A stretch of 64,000 bases of DNA from Magallana gigas (taxonomy: Eukaryota). Of this stretch, positions 1 through 12,070 are shown one piece after another. The translations under genes and the position numbers were made by a program. Below the pieces are notes generated by a model, which was not told where the DNA came from, made no database searches, and saw nothing but the letters and a program-made list of their open reading frames with translations. The stretch is taken from contig NC_088858.1 of the NCBI RefSeq assembly GCF_963853765.1, positions 40,424,001 through 40,488,000 of the forward strand. Reading direction: 5' to 3'. Numbering within the stretch: position 1 is the stretch's first letter; every line of letters starts with the position of its first letter.

Positions 1-507
1 TCACATTCATCATTATTCACTTTTAGCAAAAATATTCATGGCTAATGGCGGAAATCAACATGGTTAATTTTGATTTCTGTTCCATCAGGGAAAGATAAGG
101 GTTTATCTCTACATAACAAAAGCTATATTATTTATGCCCATTGAAATATGAATAAAAAGATCTCGAGATCTAACCAAAAATATGAATGATAGCTAATTTC
201 CTTACTCCGCGTTTTGTAGAAGACGTAATGAATTCATCATTTATCATCTACTTCCTAATCTAATTAACATGTAATCATCTATAAGACTGCTACATTCTTA
301 TATCTTTAATCCAATGTACGTCCCTGTAAGGTTGTGGTTTATTGTACGTTAAACATCAGACTGCGGAGCTCCATGTGACATTAATATGATAATGGCGAAA
401 CAAAACCAGTTCGTGACATTTCCTGGATTTTTCGGCGAAAGGTTCCATCTCCGTTCTGCTGCATTGTCATTGTGAATCAAAGCAAACCTTTTATATCTTA
501 CTTTGAT

Positions 508-2257
508 CTACGTACTATAAAAAATATATAAATCATTCTTAAATATGTGTACAGTCTTATCAAAGATGTTTCGTCCTACAATATAATCTGACTGTTCGAT
601 GATGCCAACAAGGCATTGCACGAAATTGAGAGCTTGAAGAAGATAAAAAGAGAGAGGAAATGTTGCAGTTTTCTGTGATGTTTGAATTGAATATTTAATA
701 ATGCTGGAACCTCTTTTTATGATACAACGTTCAACAATTGTTCTCCAAATAGATTTGCATTCTTCAAATACTGTACATACATAAGTTAACATTATACGGA
801 TATATTATATTTAAACATGTTAGTTAAAGTAAATATTCCACTCTGTCGTCGTTTACCTTTATCATAGATCAACACAGACGTATCCTGATACCTCACCTAA
901 TGTACAACCGTTCATATTGCGTTTGTCATTTTTAGAGAACTTCGTCTTTACGACAATTAGTATGCAATTAAACAAAAATGGTTAGAATGAATATGCATAT
1001 AAGCTTTTGAAAACACCTGTTTGTTGAAAATTTCATGGCTATATTTGTTGTTATAGACAAATTAATGCACAACATCTGTATTTTCAAACGGTAAATTTCG
1101 ATGTTTAATGTGTCCGGATTTTATATGTTACAGAGCCATTTATTCATTTCATTAAAAATGTATATCCCGTTTCACGAAATCAAAAATAAATTTAGAATAT
1201 ATTTGGTTTAGTGCTTTATCATAGCACAGCGATAGCTGGTAACACAAATTAAATTAAATTCATGTATAATGATGAATTACCCGATGTGAATTAATTTATA
1301 CATACATGTATCGATAATGAGTCTGTAGCAGCTGATCAAAATTTTATTACTATATACATTGTATATAATATAATATTTTATCATTATCTGTTGGAATAAC
1401 TCTATTCTATTGGTATATTTAGACCACAGGCACCTGACATTGTAATATATTTTTCTCGTAATTGAAAATGTATATACTCTACATAATACTAGGTAGATGG
1501 TACATTTTTTAACATTACCGTTTTTCTGTCTATCATCGTATGATAAAGTTCAACACAGTGAATAATTGGTTTTTAGAAAAATTTCGGAATTCTTAAAACA
1601 GTGTTGTATTCGTGTTTTTGTGGTCTGGCGGTTTCCATTTCCATCACACGGTACATTTACAACACCGCAAATTAAACATTCTAAATTTATCTTCTATTTT
1701 AAGAATGCTATTACCTCTACGTATTTTTTAGTTTTTCTTTTGCACTTTTCTATGTTAAAAGACGGTGCAAAATATAATCGAAAAACACTTAATTGTTTCT
1801 CAGAAATGAAGTGATTCCTTTATATTTTGAGGCAAACTTATTCAAATTCGGTGTGGTATATGCGGGGCATTAGCCACAGAATATTAATCGAACATTAGCA
1901 GGAAATAGATTTATACATGTATATCAATACTTAATTAAAAATGACTTTTCGATCTATAGATGAAAGATTCTATAAAGTTAGTTCTTGAAATAAAAAAACT
2001 TAAACATTTTTTTTTCCGAAGATAAAAATGGATTAATCCGGATTTGTTTATTCCTAGATGATAAAATCTCGCGATGAAAAATTATAGATACAATTCATAT
2101 AATATTTCAAACTATTTAAGAAGAGTTTCTAAGATATTAAATATATTTTCCTGATATAAATGTTTTACCTGTAATTGTACTTTGATGTCGTCAGGTATAT
2201 ATTTAGTTATTTTAGTTTTAGTAAGTTCTTCTTTGTTGCATGATTTAACCGTGTGTG
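508..2257 (-). CDS. Possible 3' exons of an unidentified spliced gene (speculative)
   Basis: Candidate exons 2257-2169, 896-857 and 770-508 have GT-AG ends and compatible phases (0, then 1). They join as ...HTVKSCNKEELTKTKITKYIPDDIKVQLQ-VRYQDTSVLIYDK-VFEECKSIWRTIVERCII...; the second intron is 86 bp. No recognisable homology and no start found. Confidence 0.2.
1425..1500 (+). mobile_element. Truncated copy of the CACAGG-terminus MITE
   Basis: Starts CACAGGCACCTGAC, followed by sequence similar to the intact copy at 16531-16656; the right terminus is missing. Confidence 0.5.
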
Positions 2258-2654
2258 CTGTTGGGAAATCCAACGCACGTGGATCGTTGTGTTTATGATG
2301 AAGCAAATAAAAATGTTCTTTGTTGCTTTTTCTTATATTTAGCTTTGATGTTTGTAACAAGAACTATTCATCAATAATTATGTGTAAGTACGGGGTGTCA
2401 CGAGCTCTGTGAGGGTTTGGAAAGGGGCCCATAGGCGCGGATCAAAAGGGGGTTCAGTGCCACCCTCTGGAAAACTAAATAAATATCTAAATCAGATAGC
2501 AAAGTTATCGAATATAGACCTTGGATTCTCTCGATCCCAGAAAAAAATTATCTAGGTTTGGACACCCCCTCCTCCGCACGCGTGAGGTCGAAACCCCGGG
2601 GGGAAATTATCACTATTCAAAATAGCTTCTCGAAATCTATCAATATTTTGGCAA

Positions 2655-2712
2655 ATGATTCAATAAAACCGAATGCAATTGTAATGATTCAATAAAACCG
2701 AATGCAATTGTA
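2655..2712. repeat. 29-bp perfect tandem duplication
   Basis: atgattcaataaaaccgaatgcaattgta x2. Confidence 0.9.
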
Positions 2713-3454
2713 TAACGCCTCGTCGATGTCTTGAGTCATTACGGAGTTCCCCCAGTCACCTGTGGGTTCTGCCAAAAGTTAAGGCATTTCCTCTCTACAT
2801 TCAGCATTTATTCTCTCGGTATTTGAAGTGAATTTCCGTCGTAGCGAAAATAAAGATGGTGATTCAATGAATCTCTGAAAAGACACTATCAAGAAATCAT
2901 AACTTCCTGCCTGTCACAAGATTTCGTGAATTGAGCACCAAATTTCATTGTTATCTACATTTTGCAAAATGCCCGGAAAATTGCCTTCAAAGATAACAAT
3001 CCTATTTCTTCCGAACTAGGACACAATGCTAAAAAATGCTCAGCTAAAAAAATGTTCTTATTTCGTGAAAAGTCCTGTCCTTTTGTATGTGATAGTGGAC
3101 ACATTAATCTTGAAAATCTTCTCAAATTAACAATTAGGAAGTCCGTTAACAAAACTGGGATTTTTAGGGAAAAAAGTGATAAAAAATGGAAGTTTATACA
3201 CAAAATCCCAACATGAATCCTGTTTCCTGGCATCTGGCTTCTATACCGCATTGTGGTCCCTCCTCCAGATAGGAGGGTGGTACATAATGATCGTGGTTTA
3301 CGACGATGATTTCACCGAGGTGTCACCGTGTCAGATGTAACTGACACCCAAGATTTATGAAACAAATACTTCATTATCTATTTTCAAAAGTCATATTGAC
3401 TTACAAGATTCGTGAATATGATAATTTAAAGTTACTTCACCGTTTATCAGCAAA

Positions 3455-3815
3455 ATGAAATTACACCCCCTTTACCAATACAATGTAATGAAATTACACC
3501 CCCTTTACCCATACAATGTAATGAAATTACAACCCCTTTACCCATACAATGTAATGAAATTACAACCCCTTTACCCATACAATGTAATGAAATTACAACC
3601 CCTTTACCCATACAATGTAATGAAATTACACCCCCTTTACCCATACAATGCAATGAAATTACAACCCCTTTACCCATACAATGTAATGAAATTACAACCC
3701 CTTTACCCATACAATGTAATGAAATTACAACCCCTTTACCCATACAATGTAATGAAATTACAACCCCTTTACCCATACAATGTAACTTCAGACCTACTTT
3801 ACCCATACAATGTAA
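3455..3815. repeat. 33-bp minisatellite, 10 units plus degenerate tail
   Basis: Unit atgaaattacaacccctttacccatacaatgta, no spacers; it explains the repetitive ORFs on both strands. Confidence 0.95.
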
Positions 3816-4592
3816 CTTCGCATCTTCCTTCATGTACTAGTTTTCAGTAACTTCCTTTGTTACTTGATACCGTTTCCTAATCTCGCAAACTACATGTGCA
3901 TTAGGTAAAAATGCAACTTTATAAGGAAACATATTGCATGTACTCATGCAAACAAAAGTTCTGTACTTTATATGGGAAATAGATTCTGTGTCATATCTTA
4001 CACAAACACATACACTGTGAAATACATATATTCACTTAAAGAAAACACAGTAATATTTTTATGATTATTCGATTTATTTCTCAAACAGATAAAAACAACA
4101 CAGTGGAATGGAATAGATGTAGATCTTCCTCTACTGACCTGTCTGTTCACATACAACATTCACAATAAATATACAGGATTTCTACAGCGATTAGTTCTTT
4201 ATACTGGCATAGGGCAAGTCCAGCTGGCACCTTTGCATAGATGTTCAGACCCATCATACAAAACTCAAAAAATCTTACACATGGTAAAAAAATCTCATGC
4301 ATGTAAAAAAACACATTTTTCCTACATAACTTCCCGCTACTACTGCGAGATTATACATATATATCAAACATGTATTCCTTTAGATGAAAATACTGGAAAA
4401 AATTGTTGTTTTGTTTTTTTTGTTTTTTACAAATAATCACAACCATGGATTAAAGTTTGTAGTTTGAGTTTCCTGCCAGAGTTAGACTCGTATTTATCCT
4501 CGTAGGGACGAAGTTATCACAGATTGTGCCGGGAGTCATCTCGGGACGTCTTGGGCCGACCCAGTTGTGAGCATGACAATTGGAAAGTCATT

Positions 4593-6577
4593 TCAACTCT
4601 GAAAAAATACAAAGTAAACTCAACATTAGGATCAGTTCCATTAGAACTTAAAAGAAGGCAAAGTAAAGTAAGTAAATTTTCTGAAGAAAATAAATTTTAT
4701 TTTAGATTCAGGGACCGTTATCTTACCATATCTTCCTCACTATCTGAAGAGTCATCGAAAGCAACATTTTCCAGTGACCCCCCGTATTTCTGCAATTGAT
4801 GCACAATGTCGTGATAATTTCGTCCATCAGCTAACATGATGGCTGTGAGTCCACTGTACGTTCTGGAATGAAGGTTGATGGTGCTGTATTGCAGCAAAAA
4901 ATCCAACAACAAAGTGTTCCCAGTTTCTGCAGCATAATGGATGACACTCTTGCCACTTTTTCCATCCTGGAAAAAGAGAAAAAAAGAACATTGTTAATTA
5001 AATTTTCTTGTTCAAGCCACAAAATTCTTACATACATTGCAAACTGTTGTGTAGTGAGTAGCGGAAATACCACACAGGTATAAATTAACGTATTCATATT
5101 AAAGGTCACACATGATCTCATAAATCTTTCATTTGAAGGAAGAGCTTTTTTGATTGGTTAATAGCTTTGCATTGTTTCAGACAAGGCTGTCTTACCTGTG
5201 TATTCAGGTTGGCTCCTGACATCACTAAAAGACGAATAATTGGGAGATGGGTGTTCTCTGCTGCCAAGTGCAGACAAGTCTGACCTACAAAACAAAGAAA
5301 AACATACAATTCTCTATGAATAAAAAAAATACTTCTTCCTCTATGAAACACTTATAATCTGGCTAAGAAGTAAATATGAATACACAGTTATAGTTTTGCA
5401 AATTTGCATGCATACCATCATAATTTCGAGCTTCCAAGTCCTGAGTTCTTTTGCTTGCAGTACTAGCAGGTGCAAGCAAGATCAGGGCGATATCGTCATA
5501 CCCCTCTCTACTGGCAATGTGAAGGGGAGTGTCCCCTTTAGAATCCCTGGCCTCAATGTCCGCTCCCCCATCAATGAGGGCCTTGACAACTTGGGGAAGT
5601 CGTGTCATGACAGCCAAATGAAGAGGGGTCTGGAGCATGTTGTTGGGAAGATTTAGCCAATCTCTGCTAGGGGCTTGCTGGATGATATACAGAGCAATTG
5701 GCACCAGTAAATTGATGATTGCCATGTGTAGTTGCCTATAAAAAAAATATAGATATTAGATAATTTTAAGTTTCAGGTTTCATAATAATTTTTTCATCCA
5801 TTCTTCTGATCTATTTTTATACTGCTTTTATCACCATATATCTTGTGATTTTTCAATTAAGTAAACACTATTTATAAAATTTGAGTGATCATTCAATGTT
5901 GACATATATCCAATATATGTGTCAGCTCAGTCAACATGTTTATTCATGAGTGAATCGGGAAGTACGTCTGACTCATTTGCATAAAGCTATCGTTGACCTC
6001 GCGGCCGATCACATGCCCTACACGCGTGCGCAGTACTGGAAATCCCCAGATCGAACAAAGGTCGTTAACTACAAACCCTGCACCCTGCACACAAAAGTTT
6101 AAATTTTATATAATTTTGCAAATTTTAAATAAGATTGCGAACTTACGAGTCTCCATCATTATCTTGACTGTATAGCTGGAATACTTCTGGTGATATTTGG
6201 GGAGTTGGATCATGTGATAATTCACACGAAACTTCCTTTCTGTCGTAGCTTATATAACCATCATCCAGAGAGCATTTTGTTTCCTCTGTAGATGGATAGT
6301 TTTGAGAACCCAAAGTAAGCCCTTCCAATTTCTCCTCAATAGTTTGAGTGTCTGGACTCTTCTCGGCAACTACGGGAAGAGACCCAGCATACGAACTGTA
6401 GCAACTTTCCACAGATCGAAGATCCACACCGCTGTCGCACACAGAATCGCACTTGTCTGACGAAAAGTGGTGTGCAGACTTTTTCAAATATTCTGTTGAA
6501 CCTCCAAAAGGTGCACAGTCTTCAACCAAATCATCTTCAGCCAAATTTTGGTGGCGAGCAAGGTCTCTGTTCGACAT
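4593..6577 (-). CDS. NFKBIA: NF-kappa-B inhibitor (IkB-alpha/cactus-like), about 361 aa, 5 coding exons
   Basis: Exons 6577-6147, 5735-5416, 5284-5196, 4966-4727 and 4598-4593 (last is AGT TGA, least certain); all GT-AG and in phase. N-terminal DSG motif, ankyrin repeats (DGDSQLHMAII, LQTPLHLAV, GDTPLHIA, GQTCLHLAA, GKSVIHYAA), acidic PEST tail DDSSDSEEDM. Confidence 0.95.
5957..6047. promoter_or_regulatory. Candidate enhancer in IkB intron 1 (ETS, AP-1, octamer, kB motifs)
   Basis: GGGAAGT 5957-5963; TGACTCA 5969-5975 overlapping ATTTGCAT 5975-5982; GGGGATTTCCA on the minus strand at 6037-6047. Confidence 0.6.
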
Positions 6578-6752
6578 TTTCAAATAAATATGGCTGCGAT
6601 CGCTTCGTACAAATACGCTAATCAAAATCACACTTTCAGTTGAAAAAAAAATCCAACAAATGTATGTCTATATAAAGTTCCTGTGTTAAGAGATACACTA
6701 ATACGTGTGTCGCTGTCTTCCGACTTTCAAATGGCCCGTCGCCCCGACGATG

Positions 6753-6807
6753 TTTATATTAAAATGCAATGGTTGGAATTCCCGTGATGACGTCAGTGGA
6801 AATCCCC
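6753..6807 (-). promoter_or_regulatory. IkB proximal promoter: TATA plus kB-CRE-kB module
   Basis: On minus: TATAAA 6758-6753; kB GGGAATTCCA 6783-6774; CRE TGACGTCA 6788-6795; kB GGGGATTTCCA 6807-6797. About 180-230 bp upstream of the ATG. Confidence 0.75.
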
Positions 6808-7862
6808 GTCTACAGGCCATAGACATATATTCATTTTCACGTTTTGCACAAGAGAACGAAGAAGCTTTTATAAGACCTCGGTACAAATACTAACTTTAAA
6901 ATTTTTATAAATATGTTCTTTTTAAATTATTTATGTCTTTTACTCGGGTGTCGATTGTTTTTTGTTTTTTTTATTACATAACGTTAGAAAATTCAAATCA
7001 CATGTAGATCTATATATATACGTAGCTCGGGTAAGTGGAATTTTTACTATTGCCATGCCTTTTATAATGGAATATCCATTGATATTGGTACCGTTTTTAA
7101 AAAAATATAAATATGTATTTTACAATCTACATCACATGCAAATACCAATGTATTACGCATTAATAATCATGTACATCTATGATAATTATTTAGATCTGTA
7201 ACACATGAATAGGGAGAAATATTATGAGTCTTGTTTCTGTTACATTTGGAAACTTTTTTGCTTTTATTTTTTATTGATTTATTGAATGGTGCTCTTATCG
7301 AATCTGAAAATTGATTGATAAAAAACAACAGAAACTTTGTTTTTCAATATGTTCAGAAATTGGGAATTATTCACCCCCCCCCCCAAACTTTGTCAATTGA
7401 CAAATAATTTTATTTAAATAATGAATAAACAAATATCAAATTAAACACAAAAAAACTTCAAGAGAAACAAAATGAAATTGTTTACGGGATTATGATATAA
7501 ACAATATTATAATAGCTTTATTTCAGGTTCGAATTTAATATGATGTGTATGTCATGATGATATGTAGCAATCTCATGAAAATGTCGTTTAGATCTAACAT
7601 TGTTAACTGACTAATCATTAATATTTATATTTGAAATTATGTTATCTTCTTAGGACTTTTAAGGCATGTAAGTTTATACCGGACATTTCAGAATTTCCGC
7701 TCAGAAATCCCTATTTATATATATACATTTTATAGGACTTTTAGAAATTAAAAACACTTCAGTTTTGCATAATGTAACACCCAAAAAATGATACTTCGTC
7801 CGTTAGAAGATCCCACAAAATAATCGTGTAATTGCAGTCCACGGATGCTTGCAGACAGACCC

Positions 7863-8035
7863 ATCTTTCCAAGTCAACATAAATAAATGTTTATGTAGAG
7901 CAGAGCGGATCAGAAACCCTTGACTTGGGCATCGTCTCAAGCCACGGGTTTTGTGTCCATTCTATTTCCACAAACGTTTGTGGAAATAGAATGGACACAA
8001 AACCCGTGGCTTGAGACGATGTGACTTGGGAAGAT
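7863..8035. mobile_element. Small hairpin element (ccaagtc...gacttggg termini) interrupted by a palindromic insertion
   Basis: Similar to the uninterrupted copy at 14171-14254 (gagcggatc and gacttgggaagat shared). Confidence 0.6.
7930..8021. mobile_element. 92-bp perfect palindromic MITE (CATCG...CGATG) with 9-bp TSD
   Basis: Two 46-bp arms are exact reverse complements with no spacer; TGACTTGGG duplicated at 7921-7929 and 8022-8030. Confidence 0.9.
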
Positions 8036-8481
8036 AAGACAGACCTCGCAGGGCGTATTTATAAAGGCGATGTGTATGGGACGGGTAAAAATCGTTCTTT
8101 GGATTTTTTTTTAAAAAATGCATGGGTTAAATTAAAATGTAATTACACAATTATATTTGTCTGTTGACCTCTCAAGGCGTCTAAATCGATTGAGGTTGGC
8201 CACAGACAACTGTAAACACCCATAAACAGTGCACACATGCATCTGTACATAATATGCGTTCATCGGACATAACCAACATTCCAGTAAATGCCGGGAAGAG
8301 CAGATCAGTTCAAGGATGTATAATTAAGGTTGTTCTTAACACAAACGTTCAATTGTGTAATTAAGCGACTCGCACAAAGCTTTCTAAGAGAAGCAACTTC
8401 CTTTGAACAAAATTAAAGTTTTACAATTTTAAGTATATTAGCATTGGCAACCACCCTGCATTTTAAGATATCACATATTAG

Positions 8482-8645
8482 CATGCGCGGACCCAGACCT
8501 TTTTTCCGGGGGGGGGGGGGGCACAGTTATTTGAGGGGTGTTTTTTTTGGGGGGGGGGGTGAGGCATATTTTGGGGATTTTACCATGTAAATTTAAAGAA
8601 ATTTGAATTTTGCAGACCCCCAGCCGCCTTCTAGATCCGTGCATG
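8482..8645. mobile_element. MITE with CATGCGCGGA-type termini and internal poly-G tracts
   Basis: catgcgcggaccca / tagatccgtgcatg imperfect TIRs; TATTAG duplicated on both sides (8476-8481, 8646-8651). Confidence 0.6.
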
Positions 8646-9291
8646 TATTAGGTTTTCATTTGGTTGAGACATTTTCCAAAATAATGTAATACAGTGAATA
8701 TTCAAGCATATTTAGGTTCGATTTGAGTTATACAACAAAAATCTCTGAGTTTTTCAAACATTGCAATAGATAGTGTAATTATTGGCATGCTGCCAAAATA
8801 TGTTGTATAACTAAAATGCACTGTAAATAACGTTTAAACTTTAAAATCTTTTTAGCGACTAAATATAGTGTTTAGAAAGACCAAGATCAAAATAAAAATG
8901 ACAAGTACATTTATCGAAGGTTCATATACGATAAAATTTATATAAACGGTTCTATTCAGTGTGTTCATGTATTAATAGATTAAATTTAAATGTTCTATAT
9001 TTTATTGTATATTAGACTATCAAAATTGTCATATTTACGCAAATTATTTTTCCACAGAGGATACAACATTTGTAAATGATAAACAGTTTACGTATTAATA
9101 AATCCTGAAAGTAAAAGTACTCTTTTTGCATGTACTACTTTTTACTTTTTGTTATTCAAACAATATATTGTAATATTGAACTAGCCGCTCAAGGTAATCA
9201 TGGATAGATCGGGATTCCATACATACTAATCGGGATAAGAAAAAATAAGAAAGAAAATCAAATAACTTCTAAATCATAAATGATCATGAAT

Positions 9292-9294
<3 letters not shown>

Positions 9295-9342
<48 letters not shown>
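9295..9342. repeat. (GA)n microsatellite
   Basis: Uninterrupted GA run. Confidence 0.95.
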
Positions 9343-9345
<3 letters not shown>

Positions 9346-9961
9346 GATTACAAAGATGTTTCAAAAAGTATCATTCTGCATTTTTAAAACTCTGATGAAT
9401 CACTCACAAAGGAATACATGTAAAACAATATATGTCTGACAACCAATTTTTCGATTTATCTTTTATTATTTTTCTTCTAAAACTGCAATTTGCGGATACG
9501 AGATACTTCTATATCAGGAATCGGAACACTTGAAATATGTTAAAGAATTTAGTTACTTAATGATTTTGCACTGTATACTATTTATGCACTTGACTCACCG
9601 TGATTTTCTATTTATTTGATACGTAATTTGTCAAAATTACGCGATAACACGTGATTTTGAAGTTTACGTAATCTTCAGTTCTAGTTCCGACTAGTTTTTT
9701 CCAGAAAGTCTTTTTTTGATCTAAGCGAGACAACTCGTGCAGCGAAATAGGGTTTTGATTGTCACATGACTACATTTGGAGCATTTCTAATAACGTCATG
9801 CGACAATTAAAAAAAAACTAATGTTAGAAAATTGTGTATTTTCCTTTATATATGGAAATAGAGAAGAATGTACGTGATGTTTGCGTGATTGGGGAACAGT
9901 CGTCGTTCTGTATTAACTGCTCTGATAGTGTAGCCGTGTTAGCTCATACAACATGAAAAAT

Positions 9962-10339
9962 ATCTTCGCAACATACTAGAGTTTTCATATTTTAGTTCAA
10001 TTTCACTGTTTACGTAACAATACAAAAAAATTTTGTCGAATTTAAGTTTTAGTTTCACTTCGATTTTTTGCGATGTATATGTAATTATACCTATTTTAGC
10101 ACTTGACTGGTCGTATTTTCCTTTTTGATATAATACGCAGTATGTCGTTTATTACGCGATTACATTACATAAACCTTCTGGTTCTAACTCGTTGTTTCCA
10201 GAAAGTGTTTTGATCTTTTGATCTAAACGAGAAAAATAGAGCATCAAATACACAACTGAAATGGTAAAACATTAAAGTAAATTGGTGTTTGGTTGCGTTT
10301 TAAATAATATAGGTAATTGCATGTATATGTATCTTTATC

Positions 10340-10384
<45 letters not shown>

Positions 10385-11314
10385 GCTCCGTTTCCCGGGG
10401 TCCTTGAATCAATGCATTCACAAATAGATCAAACATAAAAATGGATTATACTTCTGAAATTCGCTGAAGTTGATTTTGATCTGAACACCACAATGAATAC
10501 TGTGTATAGATATAGCGGTAGTTCTTTGTTTCCACTTTCAATTAAAATGTATGAGTTTTTTTTATACAATTTTTTTTAATGTAGATTACTAGAATGGTGA
10601 TGGTTTTCATGGAATGTTCGGAATAATACACAAATTTATTGGAAAACAAACCTGCATTAAAAAAAATAATAATAAGTAGTTACATTGGGGGTTTACACTA
10701 AACGATTTTCTGCGATGTACATCTATTTTTGTATTTTTGACTGCATGACCGTAGGTTCCTATTTTGTTTGAAACGCAGTTTGTCAATCTTACAAGACAGC
10801 ATGTGAAGCAGTTCTGACTATTGAACTATCTAAAGATCCGAATCGTTGTTTCCAGAAAGTTTTGATTTAAGTGAGACAACTCGTGCAGCGACCAAAGTAA
10901 AAAAAAATTGCATTTCCATATGCATTTATCAGCCCCACACGCATCCGAAAAATCTTTAACAGCCCCTCCCCCCCCCCCCCCCAAAAAAAAATCTTCGCAA
11001 CATACCAGAGTTATGTAGTTCAATTTGATTGTTTACATAAAAATACAACAATTTTTTTTTCGAATTTAAGGTTTAGTTTCAATTGGTGTTTACACTTCGA
11101 TTTTCTGCGATATATTTATCTATTTTAGCACTTGACTGACCGTATTTTCCTTTTTTGATATAATACGCAATATGTTGATTATGTTTCCAGAAAGTTTTTT
11201 GATCTCCTGATCTAAGCGAGACAACTCGTGCAGCAAATACACAAAAACGTTAAACATCGTGGACACTAAATTGGTGTTTGGTTGCTGCATGTATATATGC
11301 ATCTTTATCAGCTC

Positions 11315-11365
<51 letters not shown>

Positions 11366-12070
11366 CCGAGTCAGCTTTTTCCCCCGCTCTGTTTCCCGGG
11401 TCCTTGAATCAAAGCATTCACAAATAGAATTAGATCAAACAATATTCCTCTGAAATTCGCTGAAGTTGATTTTGATCTGAGCACCACAATGAATACTGTG
11501 TATAGATATAGCGCACAGGGGCCAACCCCGTTTTAACATTAATTTCAATGGCATAACCATAAATAGAGCTTGACTCCTGTGATATAGCGGTAGTTCATTG
11601 TTTCCACTTTCAGTTAAACGTATGATTTATTTTTACAATTTTTTTTAAATGTAGATTACTAGAATGGTGATTGTTTTCATGAAATGTTCGGAATAATACA
11701 CAAATTTATTGGGGAAAAACCCCGCATTTTAAGTTCATTTAAAAAATGAATAAGTAGTTATATTGGGGGTTTACACTAAACAATTTTCTGCGATGTAAGT
11801 CTATTTTTGCATTTTTGATTTTCCTATTTTGTTTGAAACGCAGTTTGTCAATCCTACGCGACAGCATGTGATTCTGAGGCTTCCACTGCCCTATGGTTCT
11901 GACTATTGAACCATCTATAGTTCCGAATCGTTGTTTCCAGAAAGTTTTGATTTTAGGGAGACAACTCGTGAAGCAATCAAAGTAATAAAAAAAAACTAAC
12001 AAAAATTGCATTTACATATGCTATTATCAGCTCCAAACTCGTCCGAAAAATCTTTACCCATCCCCACCCC
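9962..12070. repeat. Diverged tandem duplication of a ~1.03-kb unit, each copy with a (CT)n tract
   Basis: Unit A ~9962-10985 and unit B ~10991-12070 are colinear (atcttcgcaacatac, tcagctc(CT)n, ctgaaattcgctgaagttgattttgatctga, gtagattactagaatggtga). Confidence 0.85.
11514..11581. mobile_element. 68-bp CACAGG...CCTGTG element with 8-bp TSD
   Basis: TIRs cacaggggccaa / ttgactcctgtg; ATATAGCG duplicated at 11506-11513 and 11582-11589; the matching site in unit A (~10510) is empty. Confidence 0.85.

Noticed and set aside
2760-2874. Exon-like segment on minus with good acceptor and donor
   Set aside because: All three frames contain stops; at best a non-coding exon, with no further support.
3447-3850. 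128-aa and 131-aa repetitive ORFs, and a CRISPR-like look of the 33-bp array
   Set aside because: The ORFs arise because the unit is a multiple of 3 and has no stops. Units are contiguous with no unique spacers, no cas genes are present, and the context is eukaryotic.
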